A stretch of DNA of 64,000 bases from the NCBI GenBank assembly GCA_030390025.1, contig CM059432.1:68326001-68390000 (forward strand), in the 5' to 3' direction. This document shows positions 60,168-64,000 of the stretch, piece by piece. The position numbers and the translations under genes were made by a program. This DNA is from Squalus acanthias. Taxonomy: Eukaryota. Position 1 is the stretch's first letter; each line of letters opens with the position of its first letter. Under the pieces are notes generated by a model. The model did not search any database. It saw nothing but the letters and a program-made list of their open reading frames with translations, and was not told where the DNA came from.

Positions 60168-63100
60168 ATGGAAAAACTCCTTAGACCCGCTCGTCTCGAC
60201 CTGGACCCGAATGCACCTGCGGCAGCAAAGGTATGGAAGCATTGGTTTCGTACCTTTAGCAACTTTCTTGAAGAATGTGGGGCGGATGTCCCTAATAAGT
60301 TACGAATGCTTATCAACTACGTGTCTCCTCATGTGTATGATTATATTGAGGACTGTATAGACTATGACACTGCTATCGAAATCTTACAGCAGCTATATGT
60401 CAAGTCCCCAAATGAAATCTTTGCTCGACACCTACTGGCCACAACTAGGCAGCAGCCTGGGGAATCACTCGATGAATTTCTCCAGAAACTTCGCAGGCTC
60501 AGCAAGGATTGTAACCTTAAAGCAGTTTCAGCTGAACAGTATCAAGAGGAACTAATCCGCGATTCCTTTATCAATGGAATCGCGTCCCCTTTTATACGTC
60601 AGCGCCTGCTGGAAAATAAAACCCTCAATTTACGGGCTGCTTATGACGAGGCGTGTTCCTTGGACTTGGCCAAGAAAAATGCAGACACTTATCTCCCACC
60701 ACGTGCACGGGCGGCGGCTATCTCCTTTAATGAGTCTTTCGGTAGGTCTCGGGCGGATGCCCCCACTGATGTTGACTCTACTCTAACGGACGACGACCCT
60801 ACCCTAGAGGCCTTCGCTGATGACGACCCCGCCCTAGCAGCATCCTGGCAATCAGGAAGAAAGTGTTTCTTTTGTGGAGGGGCGTGCCATCACAGAAAAT
60901 TTTGCCCGGCTCGTAATGTGACCTGCAATCATTGCAGCAAGAAAGGACACTTTTCCAAGGTATGCCAGTCATGGGCCTTTGCTAACAAGAAAGGCCGCTC
61001 CTCTAAAGTATACCGGTCGAGAGCTCCTGTTAGCTTCACAGCTGCTATCTATGGAGCTGCTTCTCCCCCAAGAACTACTGTTAAGGCTACAGTTGCCGAA
61101 GGGAAAATTGCCCCTCCTCCCATCACGGCTGTTTTTCCCCAAAGTTTGTCCCATGCAGCCACGAAGGTTTCAGTAAATGGGCACACTCTAAGCGCGCTAA
61201 TCGACTCCTGCAGCTCTGACAGCTTCATTAGTAAGCGGGCTGTCAACAGGTTAAAACTGCACATTTATCCCTCGGACAGGGAGATTGCAATGGCTCTGAC
61301 GACTCTGACCACCAATTCTTCTGGCTTCTGTCTGGTCAACCTCATCCTCAACGGCCGCACGTATCTCTCCACCCGGTTCGGAGTACTCGCAAACTTATGC
61401 AGCGATGTGCTTCTGGGACAGGACTTCCAGAAGCAGCACAAGAAGATCACTTTTGAGTTTGGAGGGTCAAGGCCGGAGCTTACCATTTCTAAGGTGCCGT
61501 TTTGTGCACTCTCGGCGGCCTTACTCGGTGAACCCTCCCTGTTTGCCAATCTTCCCCCCCGCTGTAAACCCATAGCCACCAAATCGCGGCGCTTTAGCCA
61601 AGATGATCGAGCGTTTATTGAGGCGGAAATCTCTCGCCTTTTAGTCGACGGTATTATCGAGCCATGTTCATCTCCCTGGCGGGCTCAGGTCGTCATCGTG
61701 AGGAATCCCTTAAAACAACATAAAAAACGTCTGTGTATCGATTATTCGCAGACTATTAATCTATATACCGATCTGGATGCCTACCCGCTGCCACGCATAG
61801 ATGACATGGTCAACGACCTTGCCAAATACAAGGTATTCTCGACCTTCGATTTAAAAAGCGCGTACCATCAGGTGCCACTGCAAGACTCCGACAAGAAGTA
61901 TACGGCCTTTGAGGCCAATGGTCGGCTTTTCCAGTTTCGCCGCCTTCCATTCGGGGTCACCAATGGGGTGGCCGTCTTCCAACGGGCCATGGATGGCCTA
62001 GTCCGGCAAGAGAACTTGACGGATACCTTTCCGTATTTAGACAATATCACTATTGCCGGCCATGATCAAAAGGAGCATGACGCCAATCTTCAGAGATTTT
62101 TTGACGTACTCCGCTGTCGCCACTTAACGTTAAACAAATCCAAATCGGTGAAGTCGGTGCCATCGGTGAACATTCTTGGCTACTGGGTGGGCAACGGTGT
62201 TATTAAACCGGACCCAGAGCGACTTCGTCCACTTCAGGAGCTCCCTCCCCCGACGAACCTCGGCTCTCTTCGTCGGGCACTTGGCATGTTTGCTTATTAC
62301 GCAAAATGGATACCACACTTCTCCGATAAAATACAGCCCCTGCTCCATGCGAAGTCTTTTCCATTGGAAGCTATGGCTATTTCTGCCTTCAACCTCCTCA
62401 AACGACAGCTGGAGAAAGCCACGCTTCGCTCCATTGACGAAAATCTTCCTTTTGTGGTCGAATGCGATGCATCGGAGGTGGCGATCGCCGCTACCTTGAA
62501 TCAAGGTGGCCGACCCGTGGCATTCCTATCCAGAACCTTGCAGGGTAGCGAGCTCCATTACCCCCCCGTCGAGAAGGAGGCTACGGCCATCATCGAGGCT
62601 GTACGCCAATGGGGTCATTTTCTTGCTCGGCGTCATTTTACGCTTATAACTGACCAGCGCTCTGTGGCCTTCATGTTGGATAACCGGAGGCGCACGAAAA
62701 TCAAAAATAATAAAATTCAACTCTGGAGGAGTTGGCTGGCTGCCTTTGGATATACTATCTGTTACCGACCCGGCAAACAGAACGTGGCCCCAGATACCTT
62801 CACACGGGCATTTTGCTCCTCAATGTCAACGTCGACTCTGGCGGATTTGCATATGGACTTATGCCATCCTGGTGTGACCCGCATGTTGCACTTTGTGCGC
62901 TCCAAAAATCTACCATTTTCAACCGAGGACGTAAAGAAAACATGCTCCTCCTGTAGGATTTGTGCAGAATTGAAACCACAATTCTTTCGCCCATCAGATG
63001 GCTTACTCATACATGCAATGCAGCCTATGCAGAGGCTCAGCATAGACTTTAAAGGGCCATTGCCTTCGTCGACAAGGAACACCTACCTACTTACGATAGT

Positions 63101-64000
63101 GGACGAGTATTCACGCTTTCCCTTCGCCTTCCCCTGCCCTAATATGCTTACCTCTACGGTAATTAAATGCCTCGATCAGGTCTTTTCCCTTTGCGGGACG
63201 GCCAATTTTATCCACACTGATCGGGGTCGCTCCTTTACGTCGAGTGAACTTAAAAGTTATCTCTCCCAACGGGGAATCGCCTCCAGTAGGACGACACCAT
63301 ATCACCCAATCGGTAACGGACAGGTTGAACGATACAATGCCATCATCTGGAACGCTGTCCGTCTGGCACTAAGGTCACGCAACCTGCCGGACCAGCAGTG
63401 GGAAACGGTGCTCCCCGACGCGTTACACTCTATCAGGTCTCTTCTCTCCACATCTACTAATGTCACGCCTCATGAGCGATTCTTCAAATTCCGGCGTCGC
63501 TCTACACATGGGACGTCTCTACCGTCATGGTTGGTGGCTCCAGGCCCGGTGCTACTCCGGAGGTTCGTCCGGTCTGCCAAAAACGACCCTCTCGTTGACG
63601 AGGTGGAGTTAACGGAGGTAAACCCCACGTATGCGCACGTACGGTACCCTGATGGCCGGGAGACCACCGTCTCGCTCCGAGATCTGGCTCCCTGCCCAAC
63701 CGGTCACACGGGCCCGAATGATGAAGGATCCCCCGACAATGATATCAACACTCCGCACCCCTATGAAAATGACGCCCCGCCTGGGACATCTGGGGATCTG
63801 CCGGCAACGCTACCGGATCAACTCAGGGAGCTGGACGCTCCCTGTAGGATGGCCACCCGAAACCAGGACGCCGGACAATCTCCAGCCACGACCCGGGATG
63901 AGGCCAGCTCAGCACCTGTGGGGACCCGCACCCGGAGTCATGATATTCCCAGTCCTCCACAGGATGATCAAGATGACGCGGACTCTACTGACTTACCGGT
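60168..64000 (+). CDS. Ty3/Gypsy Gag-Pol polyprotein, single uninterrupted ORF running off the window
   Basis: Manual translation from MEKLLRPARLDLDP finds no stop: two CCHC knuckles, protease LIDSCS, RT (FDLKSAYHQ, LPFG, YLDN), RNase H (CDAS, EKEA), integrase (HHCC, IDFKGP, TDRG, GQVER). Order PR-RT-RH-IN. Confidence 0.95.
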   Translation, partial: MEKLLRPARLDLDPNAPAAAKVWKHWFRTFSNFLEECGADVPNKLRMLINYVSPHVYDYIEDCIDYDTAIEILQQLYVKSPNEIFARHLLATTRQQPGESLDEFLQKLRRLSKDCNLKAVSAEQYQEELIRDSFINGIASPFIRQRLLENKTLNLRAAYDEACSLDLAKKNADTYLPPRARAAAISFNESFGRSRADAPTDVDSTLTDDDPTLEAFADDDPALAASWQSGRKCFFCGGACHHRKFCPARNVTCNHCSKKGHFSKVCQSWAFANKKGRSSKVYRSRAPVSFTAAIYGAASPPRTTVKATVAEGKIAPPPITAVFPQSLSHAATKVSVNGHTLSALIDSCSSDSFISKRAVNRLKLHIYPSDREIAMALTTLTTNSSGFCLVNLILNGRTYLSTRFGVLANLCSDVLLGQDFQKQHKKITFEFGGSRPELTISKVPFCALSAALLGEPSLFANLPPRCKPIATKSRRFSQDDRAFIEAEISRLLVDGIIEPCSSPWRAQVVIVRNPLKQHKKRLCIDYSQTINLYTDLDAYPLPRIDDMVNDLAKYKVFSTFDLKSAYHQVPLQDSDKKYTAFEANGRLFQFRRLPFGVTNGVAVFQRAMDGLVRQENLTDTFPYLDNITIAGHDQKEHDANLQRFFDVLRCRHLTLNKSKSVKSVPSVNILGYWVGNGVIKPDPERLRPLQELPPPTNLGSLRRALGMFAYYAKWIPHFSDKIQPLLHAKSFPLEAMAISAFNLLKRQLEKATLRSIDENLPFVVECDASEVAIAATLNQGGRPVAFLSRTLQGSELHYPPVEKEATAIIEAVRQWGHFLARRHFTLITDQRSVAFMLDNRRRTKIKNNKIQLWRSWLAAFGYTICYRPGKQNVAPDTFTRAFCSSMSTSTLADLHMDLCHPGVTRMLHFVRSKNLPFSTEDVKKTCSSCRICAELKPQFFRPSDGLLIHAMQPMQRLSIDFKGPLPSSTRNTYLLTIVDEYSRFPFAFPCPNMLTSTVIKCLDQVFSLCGTANFIHTDRGRSFTSSELKSYLSQRGIASSRTTPYHPIGNGQVERYNAIIWNAVRLALRSRNLPDQQWETVLPDALHSIRSLLSTSTNVTPHERFFKFRRRSTHGTSLPSWLVAPGPVLLRRFVRSAKNDPLVDEVELTEVNPTYAHVRYPDGRETTVSLRDLAPCPTGHTGPNDEGSPDNDINTPHPYENDAPPGTSGDLPATLPDQLRELDAPCRMATRNQDAGQSPATTRDEASSAPVGTRTRSHDIPSPPQDDQDDADSTDLP

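Noticed and set aside
1..64000. Prokaryotic systems (CRISPR array, operons, retrons)
   Set aside because: No repeat-spacer array or operon structure; the content is vertebrate-type TEs with spliceosomal introns.

Overview
Eukaryotic DNA made almost entirely of transposable elements, with no host gene I can confidently identify. The repeat mix (CR1 LINEs with an esterase ORF1, a Deu-domain SINE, Penelope-like remnants, many PIF/Harbinger elements) suggests a cartilaginous fish such as a shark; this is inference. The window holds five large two-gene Harbinger elements or remnants (transposase on +, convergent three-exon Myb/SANT gene on -), about a dozen Harbinger-type MITEs, most with 3-bp TSDs, one non-autonomous hAT with an 8-bp TSD, several CR1 LINEs (one full length), a second LINE family, and a young Gypsy LTR element whose single Gag-Pol ORF (60168 to the window end) is missing from the ORF track. 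Main highlights: (1) two families of tiny Penelope-derived fold-back insertions carrying minimal hammerhead ribozyme motifs with covarying stems; (2) the Gypsy element has no tRNA-type PBS but a perfect 13-nt PBS-to-LTR complementarity in self-priming geometry, plus YLDN/DSC catalytic variants; (3) a Harbinger derivative inserted inside another Harbinger's TIR; (4) repeated LINE insertion into the same part of the Harbinger Myb gene. All alignments and translations were done by eye.
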